Part shown: positions 47,551-56,947 of the stretch, piece after piece
Numbering within the stretch: the stretch's first letter is position 1
Layout: every line of letters begins with the position of its first letter
Virus record (IMG/VR): IMGVR_UViG_3300044655_002046
Source: a virus
DNA: 64,000 bases
Reading direction: 5' to 3' (one strand)
Position numbers and translations under genes: made by a program
Notes under the pieces: model-generated
Seen by the model: the letters and a program-made list of their open reading frames with translations, nothing else
Database searches by the model: none
Told to the model about the DNA's origin: nothing

Positions 47551-48494
47551 CGCGCGCGTATTAGGAGTATCATGTCAGGGAAAATCTGACTGCGATCAGT
47601 CCGCTCCGATGTGCTCCAATTAGGGAGGCGGAAGTAAGTAGTATCACCAGGAAGAAAACTGTATGCATCACCAAATACCGCGTATAGCCCTGGGTAGTCT
47701 GCCTGGAGGAGTTCCTGCCCATCCAGTCGGATCCAATTAGTAGGGTAGTTCGATGCCACAGCAGGCCACAGGATTATAGAACCTATTGGGGGGCCCGCCT
47801 GGCTGAGGCTAGTCGCTATGGCCTGGTTAACCTGGCTGAAGCTATCCGCTATTTTCTGGTTAACCCAGTCTACTCGAGCTATACTGTCATTAGTAGTGGG
47901 CGATACAGTACGGGGGTTGCCCGTTAGGAAAGGACTATCTATATTAGCCTTAGTGTTCGATAGATTAGTTATTTGTGTCTGTAGACTATTTACAGTATTC
48001 TGTAATGCTACTATCTTGGGTATCTCTAGGTTGAACCTGTCGTTTATAGCGCTGACTGTGGCATTGATGGTGGCTATCTGAGCAGTTAGTTGGTTACTCA
48101 ATGTAGTAAATTGAGTCTGTAAATCACTGATAGCAGTTGTGTTAGTATCGCAGCATGCCTGTAGGTTCTGAATTATAGTTAACTCACCTACGACAGCAGC
48201 TAGGTTATTAATTAGATCATTGACTAGCTGCTGTATGTTAGCAATGATCTGCTGTAACTCACCATCACCGAATAGATCGTCGCGTAATTCCTCTAGTTCA
48301 TTCTCTAGAGTGGCTATATCAGCCAGCATGTCGGCAATAAATGCAAACGCTCGCACTGTGTCAGATAGATCGTATATAGTGTTGGCTGCCTGTGTTCCCG
48401 TGTGGTTGGCGCGATTAGCAGCCTCTAGAAAGTTATTGTCGAGTTCAGCACAAGTAAGAGGACTACCCTTACTCACCGATAGTATAATTGGCAT
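47547..48494 (-). CDS. Tail fibre protein with coiled-coil shaft and tail-collar domain
   Basis: KGSPLTCAELDNNF N-terminus; PIGSIILW...WIRLDGQEL...YPGLYAVFG...FRLPN; start set at MPIIL. Confidence 0.8.
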   Translation of the reverse strand: MPIILSVSKGSPLTCAELDNNFLEAANRANHTGTQAANTIYDLSDTVRAFAFIADMLADIATLENELEELRDDLFGDGELQQIIANIQQLVNDLINNLAAVVGELTIIQNLQACCDTNTTAISDLQTQFTTLSNQLTAQIATINATVSAINDRFNLEIPKIVALQNTVNSLQTQITNLSNTKANIDSPFLTGNPRTVSPTTNDSIARVDWVNQKIADSFSQVNQAIATSLSQAGPPIGSIILWPAVASNYPTNWIRLDGQELLQADYPGLYAVFGDAYSFLPGDTTYFRLPNWSTSERTDRSQIFPDMILLIRAR

Positions 48495-48569
48495 AGAACT
48501 GTAGCTAGTGATTAATTTGGTTATACTATCGGTGTATGGCGTACTGTAAGCATTAGAAAGGAGGTATCG

Positions 48570-48794
48570 GTGAGTAGCGAGGTATGGCAGATAGATATAA
48601 CAAATCCTTACAAGGTGCCAATCACTATATATAGTGATTGGCACCACCTAAATGGTCAAGTCCTTAGTCCTAATAGTGGCCTAAGGACTAACTACGAGAT
48701 AGAGGACGGATACAAGCTATATGTTAGTCGGCTCTATCGAATTAGGGCTAATGAGATGCCGAGATTGTACGTTGGATACCGCATAGAGGATTAA
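48570..48794 (+). CDS. Hypothetical protein
   Basis: GGAGG RBS before GTG. Confidence 0.55.
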   Translation: MSSEVWQIDITNPYKVPITIYSDWHHLNGQVLSPNSGLRTNYEIEDGYKLYVSRLYRIRANEMPRLYVGYRIED

Positions 48795-48798
48795 ATTA

Positions 48799-49158
48799 AT
48801 GCATTATATAGTTGAATTTAAGGGTACGCGTGGTAGTTTGTATACGCAGTTTTCTGCTAGTTACACATTTACAAATACCACGCTGCCCCGCACCATTACT
48901 CTAACCCTGAGCCCCGGCGCAGAAGTATCGATTGATCTAATCGATATTACTGCGCTACAGGTAATAGGTCTCTCGTGTGAAACGGGGTCCGTTAACCTCA
49001 GCGTTATTAGCAATGGTAGTACTATAATTACTCTACCAAGAGTAGTGGCCGGCTCCTATCACTTTAATAACGTGGATATAGTCAATGGCAAGATACAACT
49101 AGCAGCCGTAGGCACTGCGCCCGTACCGCTACAATTAGTATACGCCGGCGTAGCATGA
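48799..49158 (+). CDS. Hypothetical beta-rich protein
   Basis: 119-aa ORF, operonic. Confidence 0.6.
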   Translation: MHYIVEFKGTRGSLYTQFSASYTFTNTTLPRTITLTLSPGAEVSIDLIDITALQVIGLSCETGSVNLSVISNGSTIITLPRVVAGSYHFNNVDIVNGKIQLAAVGTAPVPLQLVYAGVA

Positions 49159-49712
49159 CCTGTCCACTAGAGTGGCAGCAGGCCTGCCGTAATCTGGATA
49201 TAGCATGTCATAAATGTAGAGCTATGATAGGAGAGGGTGAGCTGGCCTATTTACCACTGGCTGGTAGCCCCTCTATTAAGAGTCACCCCGTATATGAGAA
49301 GCCCCCTCCGCCCCCGCGCAAGCAGACTAACACTGCATCGAAGATAGGACGCGTCACTGAGAGACGGGTATTACGGGATCTAGGTGCAAGAGCAACAGTA
49401 GCCAGCGGGGCCATCTTCGGAGACGGGGATGGCTCTATTGTTATAGATGGGGAGACCTGGCGTATAGAACATAAGACGCGGGTGGCCCGGCGTAATACAC
49501 TAGGCCCTACTGAAGATGAGTGGGCTACTGCTCAGGCGCAGGGATGCCGTCTATTTATTACTACTCATAATAATCGAAGCGTCGTTACTATGGATATAAA
49601 AGACTTTAAGAGCCTAGCCGTATTGCCACCCGAGTTTACGGAGGGCGTTAACGAAGAAGCGGGGGGCCCAGCTCACTCGAGCGATGCCGAAGTCGCGGGG
49701 CAGCTCGAGTAG
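49155..49712 (+). CDS. Holliday-junction-resolvase-like PD-(D/E)xK nuclease with N-terminal Cys cluster
   Basis: GRVTERRV...SGAIFGDGD...RIEHKT. Confidence 0.7.
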   Translation: MTCPLEWQQACRNLDIACHKCRAMIGEGELAYLPLAGSPSIKSHPVYEKPPPPPRKQTNTASKIGRVTERRVLRDLGARATVASGAIFGDGDGSIVIDGETWRIEHKTRVARRNTLGPTEDEWATAQAQGCRLFITTHNNRSVVTMDIKDFKSLAVLPPEFTEGVNEEAGGPAHSSDAEVAGQLE

Positions 49713-50002
49713 CACACTCACTGCCTTCACCTGTAGACCGAGTGCAGCAAAGGTGCGTTCGATGCTCAACTTAACAATACTTACAAAGTACGCGATGGGG
49801 TTCTTAACGAGGCGTCCTTGCCGGTTGAATGGAATAGTCTTACCATGGATAGCACGGCTACCGCACTCACTACGGATTGCCTGAGCCACGAGGCAATTCT
49901 CCATCGGCGAGACTCATTCCTAGTAGTCTTTTTTCTACTTAAACATCCCCAAAAGTCGCTAAGTGTGTTACACTATAGTCAGATACAAACTTTTAATCAC
50001 AA

Positions 50003-50629
50003 ATGAAGTATGTCACACCGAAAGAGGCCGCCCAAAACCTCGGGGTCAGCGTCTCCTCCCTCAGAAGGTGGGAAGCTGAAGGAAAAGTCAAAAGCATCCG
50101 AACACCCGGAGGGCAACGCCGTTACTGCATTGAAGAGTACGAGCCGGAAGGTAAGTCCATTGTCTGTTACGCAAGGGTTTCCACCCACGGACAAAAAGAC
50201 GACCTCGAAAGACAAGCTGAATTTCTACGCTCAAAGTATCCTCGGGCTGAAATTATCACAGAAATTGGAAGCGGACTCAATTTTAAACGGAAGCGGTTCC
50301 TCTCTATTTTGGAGCGAATATATCAAAGAGATGTCGGCTTGCTTGCCGTTGCCTATCCTGACAGACTCGCTCGATTTGGGTTCCCACTTATTGAGTGGAT
50401 TTGTCAGCAGAGTGAATGCAAACTCGTGGTTCTCAATGAATCTAAACTCTCTCCCCACGAAGAACTCGTTCAAGATATTCTGTCCATCCTCCACTGTTTC
50501 TCTGCTAGGCTTTACGGATTGCGAAAATACCAAAAGCAAACCGAAGAGGCCCTTCAAGAAGAATCCCCGCAACAAGTCGAAGAAGGAAAAACCCAACAGT
50601 GTCTTGAAGATCAGGGTCTTTCCATCTAG
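50003..50629 (+). CDS. tnpA: IS607 serine recombinase with MerR-type HTH
   Basis: EAAQNLGVSVSSLRRWE, RTPGGQRRY, YARVST, EIGSGLNFKR, DRLARFG, EELVQDILSILHCFSARLYGLR. Confidence 0.95.
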   Translation: MKYVTPKEAAQNLGVSVSSLRRWEAEGKVKSIRTPGGQRRYCIEEYEPEGKSIVCYARVSTHGQKDDLERQAEFLRSKYPRAEIITEIGSGLNFKRKRFLSILERIYQRDVGLLAVAYPDRLARFGFPLIEWICQQSECKLVVLNESKLSPHEELVQDILSILHCFSARLYGLRKYQKQTEEALQEESPQQVEEGKTQQCLEDQGLSI

Positions 50630-51737
50630 GGAGTTGCATCAAGTCTGGAAACAATGGTTGGCGGCTTATCGATGGATCTACAACCAAACAATTAATTTAC
50701 TTCGCCAAGGTGCCAAACCTAATATCTATGATATGCAAGCCGAGCTTCGGGATTTAGCCAAGCCCGAATGGGTTAAAAACTTACCCGGACACCAGTTACA
50801 AGAAGCCGTTGCGGATGCTTGTGACGCGCATCGACAGGCTATTGCTAACAAGGGTTCCGCTTACTTAAAGTCATGCCGAGCAACGTCGCAAGTCATCAAA
50901 TTCAAGGCGGGAAATTTCAAAAAGGGGACGTGGTATCCTTTACTTACCAAAGGATTATCTTTTACGTCCCCCCAAGAAATTCCCTCTCATTGCAATTATG
51001 GCACCCAGTTGGTTTACGCTCGGCGGCAATGGTTTGCCTGCTTTCCTGTGTTAAAACCAATTGAGTTGACCAGTGAAAATCGAGTTATCGCTCTAGACCC
51101 AGGAGTAAGAACCTTTTTAACTGGTTATGACGGAGAAACTGTTTTAGAAGTTGGCGGGAAAGACATCGGAGCAATACATCGTCTTTGCCTGCATCTCGAC
51201 CAACTCTGCTCTTGGATTAGCACGTCTAAATCAAAACGTCAGCGTTACAAAATGCGTCGGGCCGCTAGTCGGCTTCGGGGTCGGATTCAAAATTTAATCA
51301 AAGACCTTCATGCTAAAACTGCGTCATTTTTGGTTCAGCATTACAAACTTATCTTTTTGCCCACTTTTGAGACGGGCCAAATGGTCTCAAAATCCACCCG
51401 GAAGCTCAACAAGAAATCGGCACGGAATCTCTTAACATGGAGTCACTACCGATTCGCTCAACACTTACAGCAAACAGCAGATAGGCATAGTGTTTTAGTG
51501 ATTCGTTGCAACGAGTCCTATACATCCAAAACCTGTCCCGAGTGCGGGCATATTCACGAAAAACTGGGTGGTTCCAAGGTCTTTAAGTGTCCTCATTGTG
51601 GATATCAAGCGCCACGAGATTGGCACGGCGCACGAAATATTATGTTTCGTGCTTTGCAGGCAACAGCCGTTATCTTTCGAGATGATGCCGTACTTTTTCA
51701 AGGTTTGAGTAGCGATACTCAACTTTGTTTAGGTTAA
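50010..51737 (+). CDS. tnpB: TnpB with rearranged RuvC-II (pro-Fanzor/Fanzor2-like); start uncertain
   Basis: IALDPG (RuvC-I), IFLPTFET (Pro at canonical Glu, downstream Glu), CPECG/CPHCG zinc finger, RDWHGARNI (RuvC-III). Confidence 0.9.
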   Translation: MSHRKRPPKTSGSASPPSEGGKLKEKSKASEHPEGNAVTALKSTSRKVSPLSVTQGFPPTDKKTTSKDKLNFYAQSILGLKLSQKLEADSILNGSGSSLFWSEYIKEMSACLPLPILTDSLDLGSHLLSGFVSRVNANSWFSMNLNSLPTKNSFKIFCPSSTVSLLGFTDCENTKSKPKRPFKKNPRNKSKKEKPNSVLKIRVFPSRELHQVWKQWLAAYRWIYNQTINLLRQGAKPNIYDMQAELRDLAKPEWVKNLPGHQLQEAVADACDAHRQAIANKGSAYLKSCRATSQVIKFKAGNFKKGTWYPLLTKGLSFTSPQEIPSHCNYGTQLVYARRQWFACFPVLKPIELTSENRVIALDPGVRTFLTGYDGETVLEVGGKDIGAIHRLCLHLDQLCSWISTSKSKRQRYKMRRAASRLRGRIQNLIKDLHAKTASFLVQHYKLIFLPTFETGQMVSKSTRKLNKKSARNLLTWSHYRFAQHLQQTADRHSVLVIRCNESYTSKTCPECGHIHEKLGGSKVFKCPHCGYQAPRDWHGARNIMFRALQATAVIFRDDAVLFQGLSSDTQLCLG

Positions 51738-51770
51738 ATGTTGCACACAATAGGTCTAGCGCACCAACGT
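51680..51770 (+). ncRNA. Probable TnpB omega/reRNA overlapping the tnpB 3' end
   Basis: TTGAGTA-GCGA-TACTCAA GNRA hairpin at 51705-51722; position typical of TnpB guide RNAs. Confidence 0.5.
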
Positions 51771-52398
51771 AACGGAGGATGTTTCCCTCCGTCCTACTCG
51801 CTGGCGGCGTCCACTAGAGTCAGAATTAACCTACCGCGCTTGACGTAACCGATGCCAAGTCTTGTATATTTAGCCCTATCTTGTTTACTCAGTATTACTA
51901 CTTAGCGGGGCACGGCGTGCGGAGGTGAAGCGTATGGGTTTACCCTGTTCCGCTCGAACTTCACGGCTCACTGTGTCTTTTAATCTATAGATACCGGCCC
52001 CTCTCTGATGCCTACATCAATCAACTGATTAAGGCAAATGAGAGGGCGGTAAATAGGAGGTCATCGGTACCGCCTATCGGCGGTTTAAGGAACCTTAGCC
52101 ATTCCTTCTACTATTATAGCATAGGTTTTTAATTCTGGTGTAAAATATTTATTAGGCGGGGCCCCCCTCAAATGGAGGGGCTTCTCTACCACAAATACAC
52201 AGGAGATAGCTATGGAAGAGATTACCATAATTGAATTTTTAATTGATTCAATTAAAGAAGAAAAACCTTTGTATAGTAATGAACAATGCTTAAATGTAGC
52301 TCTAGAGATAATCACAGCTAACTTTCCCATTTGTGCATCAAAATATTTCAAAGGAGAGCCGTAGAAACTTTAACAACGGGGGTGGGCCCCGTATTTTT

Positions 52399-54429
52399 AT
52401 GATTACTACAATTGATTTCCGTGATATCCAGGCCGCATGTATTAAACAACTAGACAATATGTGTAAGGATAAGCAGCCCTTATTTGTTGTCGACGTATCA
52501 GGAGATGTACTCTGGCAGACCTACCTCGATGCATTCCCCGCACACGAGCGGCAGGCGCATAACTGTAATGCCTGTCGACAATTTATTAAGAAGGCGGGGG
52601 GCCTCGTTAAACCAGATGAGAATTATAATCTCATCAGTATATGGAATATAACTGCCCCAGGTTACTTACAGGCAGTAGTTGATAAGCTCAATGCTCTAGT
52701 GACAGGGGCCCGCATTCGAGACACGTTCTTATTAAGTCGTAGTGAATTAGCTGTAGGGCACGCAAGTGACTTGCAGCGTCTAGAGGACGGTACTACTATT
52801 AAATGGCATCATCTATACTATAAGTTTCCTACAGCTTATGCCTCTGATGATGTAAATGGTAATCAGAGTGATGCCCGTAATAAGACGGCGGGCCTCAAGC
52901 GAGATCTAGAAGAGATCTCTATTGACTCAGTGAATATTGTCCTCGAACTCATCGATCAAGGTGCTCTCTATCGCGGTGCTGAGTTTAAGCCACTGTTAAC
53001 TAAGTTTCTAGCCCTACAAAAGGCCCATCGCCAGAATCGCCTGCGTAATCCTAATTTTACCGAGGAGCAGCATAAAACTTTCTGCTGGGTCATGTCTGCT
53101 AAACTTAAGCCTATCCGCAATACAGCTATCGGTACTCTGCTAACTGATATTAGTGAGGGACGCGATCTAGATAAGGCTGTTACATCTTATGAGAGTAAGG
53201 TGGCCCCCGAGAACTATCGTCGTCCTACTGCCATCGTTACTGAGAATATGAAGGCTAGAGCCCGGGCTGACTTTCTCGCTATGGGCTTCAGTCAGTCTAG
53301 TCTAGAACGTCGTCAGGCTACTATCGATGATGTCCCTATTGATCAGTGGTTATACGTTGATCGAGCACCAACGGCTGTCGAGACTGACTTCTTCGACAAT
53401 ATGCTTGTAGTCTCCCGCCCGCCTACGACTCCGCAGAATATCAGCTTCAGCGAGTTCCTTACTAACGTAGTACCCCATACCACATCTATGGAGATTCTAC
53501 TTGAGGATAGACTAATAAGTAATTTAGTTACTATGACGGCCCCTGTAGATACGGATACCCCTAGCTTCTTCCAATGGTCTAATGGTATGGGCTGGAGCTA
53601 TAATAATCAGTTAGCTGATAGTAGTCGTCAGCGTGTCAAGGCTGCGGGCGGTAAGATAGACGGGGCCCTGTGCTGTCGGTTGATGTGGTATAATACTGAT
53701 GACTTAGATCTTCATCTTAAGTTTAACGGCAATGAAATCTACTACGGAAATAAGAGGGCCTGTGGCGGTGAACTCGATGTAGATGCTAATGCTGGTTCTT
53801 TTAGTGTAACTGATACCCCCGTTGAGAATATAGTATTTGCCAATAAGGCACCTAATGCTGAGTATCTACTGTCTGTTAATCAGTTTAAGAAACGTAGTAA
53901 TGCTGATATCGGCTTCCAGGTAGACATCGAGACGGAGGGGGGCCAGTTCTATACCTTCACGTATGAGACCCTGATGCCTACTAGAAAAACTGTAAACGTA
54001 GCCCGCTTCAGTATGGTTAATGGTGTGCTAAAATTAAATACAGATAGTGGTTTACTTAAACCATCTAGTGCTACAGGCCGCTCTCTTATTACGTGGGGTA
54101 TGGGCACTAATCAGTGGCAGAAGGTCCGTCTCATTACTACCAGTCCCAATCACTGGGGGGATACACAGCACGGTAACTTACACTTCTTTATCTTCTTAGA
54201 TAAGGCTGTATCCGAGGGGCCCATCCGCCCCTTCTTTAATGAGTTTATTCGCGCTGATCTCGTAGTAGATCATAAGCGCGTGTTCGAGTTACTAGGCAGC
54301 ATTATACCAGTTAGCAGTACGCCTAATGGACTTGCTGGCTTAGGCTTCTCTAGTACCACTCGTGCTAATTTCACATGTCGCGTGGGGGATAGCTCCACAC
54401 GTAGGCGTACTTTCAATGTCACATTCTAG
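52399..54429 (+). CDS. Conserved large-phage protein with YfaP/DUF2135-like C-terminal part
   Basis: LWQTYLDAFP...HNCNACRQFIK, YESKVAPENYRRP, LMWYNTDDLDLH...ELDVDANAG...PVENI. Confidence 0.75.
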   Translation: MITTIDFRDIQAACIKQLDNMCKDKQPLFVVDVSGDVLWQTYLDAFPAHERQAHNCNACRQFIKKAGGLVKPDENYNLISIWNITAPGYLQAVVDKLNALVTGARIRDTFLLSRSELAVGHASDLQRLEDGTTIKWHHLYYKFPTAYASDDVNGNQSDARNKTAGLKRDLEEISIDSVNIVLELIDQGALYRGAEFKPLLTKFLALQKAHRQNRLRNPNFTEEQHKTFCWVMSAKLKPIRNTAIGTLLTDISEGRDLDKAVTSYESKVAPENYRRPTAIVTENMKARARADFLAMGFSQSSLERRQATIDDVPIDQWLYVDRAPTAVETDFFDNMLVVSRPPTTPQNISFSEFLTNVVPHTTSMEILLEDRLISNLVTMTAPVDTDTPSFFQWSNGMGWSYNNQLADSSRQRVKAAGGKIDGALCCRLMWYNTDDLDLHLKFNGNEIYYGNKRACGGELDVDANAGSFSVTDTPVENIVFANKAPNAEYLLSVNQFKKRSNADIGFQVDIETEGGQFYTFTYETLMPTRKTVNVARFSMVNGVLKLNTDSGLLKPSSATGRSLITWGMGTNQWQKVRLITTSPNHWGDTQHGNLHFFIFLDKAVSEGPIRPFFNEFIRADLVVDHKRVFELLGSIIPVSSTPNGLAGLGFSSTTRANFTCRVGDSSTRRRTFNVTF

Positions 54430-54436
54430 AGGAACT

Positions 54437-54838
54437 ATGGAACTCAATATCATTATTGGTGCTCTCGTTGGTCGGTACCGCTTTCCCTCTGTTAGCGGTG
54501 ACCTCACGCTTGAGGATCTATTCTGTCTTAACCTCAGGTCTAAATCAACCAATACACCCTCTCTTAATAATGTTGCTATTGAGCTTAACAAGCGTATCAT
54601 AGCCTGCGGTGGCGTAGACTTCGTCGATGATAGCAACGAGATTATTATTTTACAAAGAAAGCTCGACATAGTCAAATTTGTCATTGCTCATGTTAAGAGC
54701 CGCGCTGAGGCCACTAAGCAGGCCCTCGCTAAAGAGGAGAATCGACAGAACTTACTAGCCCTCATTGAGCGTAAGAAGAATGATCTCCTCGCTGAAGAGA
54801 GTATCGAAGAGTTAGAGCAGCGCCTCGCTGCCCTATAG
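54437..54838 (+). CDS. Conserved phage coiled-coil protein, usual partner of the upstream gene
   Basis: RYRFPS..GDLTLEDLF.L.L...LNNVA...KLDIVKFVI. Confidence 0.7.
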   Translation: MELNIIIGALVGRYRFPSVSGDLTLEDLFCLNLRSKSTNTPSLNNVAIELNKRIIACGGVDFVDDSNEIIILQRKLDIVKFVIAHVKSRAEATKQALAKEENRQNLLALIERKKNDLLAEESIEELEQRLAAL

Positions 54839-54862
54839 AAGCCAAAGTAATAGCTAAAGGAT

Positions 54863-54890
54863 GGGGTTTCAGCCCCATTTTTCTGATGAT
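54863..54890 (+). terminator. Intrinsic terminator
   Basis: ATGGGG TTTCAG CCCCAT TTTT. Confidence 0.7.
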
Positions 54891-55044
54891 TAACGACCAA
54901 CCACACTGGTACACAACAGAGTACCTCAACAGATTTAATATTCAACTACTAACAGAGTCCGACAAGTCCGAGGCATAAGAAGATACGGTCATCTTCCACG
55001 GACCCTTTAAAACAGTAGAAGAAGCTATAGAGTTTGAGAAAGAA

Positions 55045-55230
55045 GTGCCTTATTGTACTTGGACTTGGGAGGAAGAAGGGACGACTTGGGAGGAAGAAGG
55101 GGCTTGGAATACCTCATGTGTCCACCAGTTTGTCGTTAACAACGGCACCCCTTTAGAGAACGGTATGATTTACTGTTGTTACTGCGGACGAAAGCTAAAG
55201 AAGGCCCGCGCTTCACCAACCTCGTCGTAG
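55045..55230 (+). CDS. Small Cys-rich hypothetical protein with TWEEEG duplication
   Basis: ACTTGGGAGGAAGAAGGG x2; YCCYCGRKL. Confidence 0.45.
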   Translation: MPYCTWTWEEEGTTWEEEGAWNTSCVHQFVVNNGTPLENGMIYCCYCGRKLKKARASPTSS

Positions 55231-55249
55231 AACGGCGAGGATTGCCGGA

Positions 55250-55420
55250 ATCAACTCCGGCGACGTAAGAGGCGAATAGCCCGTAGAGCCGCTAGATGTT
55301 ACAGACTTCCGAATGCTTCCCTAGTTCGGACAAACTCTAAGCCCGATTGGTCAGGCGTTGGGTAAAGCCAAGACATATTTCTAGCGGTGGGCGAAGGGAC
55401 TTTAACTCAACTCTTGAGGA
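55250..55420 (+). ncRNA. IscB-associated omegaRNA/HEARO-like scaffold
   Basis: CAGACTTCCGAATGCTTCCCTAGTTCGGA...GGGCGAAGGGACTTTAACT directly upstream of a PLM(P)/RRXRR IscB N-terminus. Confidence 0.7.
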
Positions 55421-55428
55421 TTATCTCC

Positions 55429-55521
55429 ATGCAAAGAGTACACGTAATTTCCCTAGACAATCGACCTTTAATGTCGACCAAAGCGAGTCGGGCGAGACGG
55501 TGGATTCAATCCGGCAAAGCG
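55429..55521 (+). pseudogene. iscB: IscB N-terminal (PLMP/RRXRR) fragment, in frame with the downstream pentapeptide gene
   Basis: MQRVHVISLDNRPLMSTKASRARRWIQSGKA; no RuvC or HNH follows. Confidence 0.75.
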
Positions 55522-55587
55522 CAGTTAAATAGTATCGTAGCCACTCATTATAATACCAGCCCGAGCTGGGTCAAACACAGGAGCATC

Positions 55588-56436
55588 ATGACAGATGATA
55601 TGCCTCTTAAAGAGCAACAAGAGAAATTTATGCAAATGCCCGATGAGAATATTGATTATTCAGATATTCCTCCCCTAGGTGATAAATTTTTCAAGAATGC
55701 TAAACTGGTCAAACCAAATCCACAAACAGAGCAAAAAGGAATGATTTCTATTATGAAACTTAAAGGCACTATTCGGGTATTTTTAGAAGGTTCAGAAGAT
55801 GGACTCCAGCGCCTAGCAGATTTACATCAATCGGGGGAATTGCAGGCCCTTTTCAATGAACTTAAACCAGACAATATGCCCAAAATTGTCGTCACAAAAG
55901 TCGAGTTCACTACAGATGCAAAAGTTAAAGTCGAGTTCTCTACAGATGCAAAAGTTATTGAAAAAGCCAAATTAATTAAGGCAATTCGAGAGGGAACAAT
56001 CGATAAGACAACTCTACAACAAGTTGATTTAAGTGGAGCTGACCTGAGAAGAGTTAACCTGTGGGGGGTTAAACCGAGTGAGACTGACCTGAGTGAGGCT
56101 AACCTGAGTGGGGCTAACCTAAGTGGGGCTGACCTGTGGAAAGCTGACCTGTGGAAGGCTAACCTGAGTGCGGCTAACCTAAGTGAGGCTGACTTGAGTG
56201 GGGCTGACTTGAGTGGGGCTATCCTGAGTGGGGCTATCCTGAAAAGAGCTGACCTGAGTGGGGCTGACCTGTGGAGGGCTAACCTAATTGAGGCTGACCT
56301 AAGTAGTAGTAACCTGAGTGGGGCCGACCTGAGTGGGGCTGGCGTTGAAAACGCTATCTTTATCAATGCAACGGGGATCACCCCTGAACAAAAGCAGGAT
56401 TTAATTCGACGAGGGGCAATTTTTGCAGAGATTTAG
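55588..56436 (+). CDS. Pentapeptide repeat protein with BrnA-antitoxin-like N-terminal segment
   Basis: AGGAG RBS at ATG 55588; NIDYSDIPPLGDKFFKNAKLVKP; ADLSG repeats; 30-bp tandem duplication near 55897-55956. Confidence 0.9.
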   Translation: MTDDMPLKEQQEKFMQMPDENIDYSDIPPLGDKFFKNAKLVKPNPQTEQKGMISIMKLKGTIRVFLEGSEDGLQRLADLHQSGELQALFNELKPDNMPKIVVTKVEFTTDAKVKVEFSTDAKVIEKAKLIKAIREGTIDKTTLQQVDLSGADLRRVNLWGVKPSETDLSEANLSGANLSGADLWKADLWKANLSAANLSEADLSGADLSGAILSGAILKRADLSGADLWRANLIEADLSSSNLSGADLSGAGVENAIFINATGITPEQKQDLIRRGAIFAEI

Positions 56437-56600
56437 GTAGGGTTGGCTGAATAAATGTGAAATATAGACAAGTTAAGGGGTTTGGCGGTCTGGACCAAAC
56501 AGCTGCAAGATTTTCAAGCTGGTGGCTCAAAAACCTTGTATCTTAACCGGCGGCCGCCCCCGTACTCAATGTCTCTCTAAGTTTTATTGGTAAATAGAAA
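56436..56600. mobile_element. Host-like MITE/IS-end remnant
   Basis: GTAGGGTTGGCTGAATAAATGTGAAAT...GCAAGATTTT...CAAAAACCTTG resembles Microcystis-type repeats from memory. Confidence 0.4.
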
Positions 56601-56656
56601 ACTCAGTTTGAAGACCGAGGTATCCCTGGATTAAAATTATCATATCAAGGAGCATC

Positions 56657-56905
56657 ATGGAAGAATTAAAAGCAATTTATAATGACAGGGTTGTATACGG
56701 ACTGGCTGATAGCAGTAATGTGTATATCGACGCTGTGTCTTTAGAAAAGGTGCTTAGTCGTAGAATTTACTCAAAGCTCATGGAGTCAGATAGACTATGG
56801 GTATCAGCAGATGATCTAGCTATGGTTCTAGAGGATAATAATTGCCCTACGGATGATTTCGAGGAGTGGTTGACATCTATCCGCAAACAACCACAAAAAC
56901 AATAA
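56657..56905 (+). CDS. Hypothetical protein
   Basis: AAGGAG RBS, 82 aa. Confidence 0.6.
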   Translation: MEELKAIYNDRVVYGLADSSNVYIDAVSLEKVLSRRIYSKLMESDRLWVSADDLAMVLEDNNCPTDDFEEWLTSIRKQPQKQ

Positions 56906-56947
56906 TGGTTAATGGTAGGCTCTTTAATCTATATCGTGTAATAAATC

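Larger units (their letters stand above)
49920..51755 (+). mobile_element. IS607-family element (tnpA + tnpB); ends approximate
   Basis: Serine-recombinase tnpA overlapping tnpB; composition differs from flanks. Confidence 0.9.

Noticed and set aside
51900-51975. Group II intron domain V-like GAGCCGTG on the minus strand
   Set aside because: The helix does not fit the domain V consensus, and no other intron domains or maturase are present
52085-52351. Minus-strand ORF after IS607 (and 49614..50006 short ORFs)
   Set aside because: No RBS or family signal; overlaps probable leader or element ends
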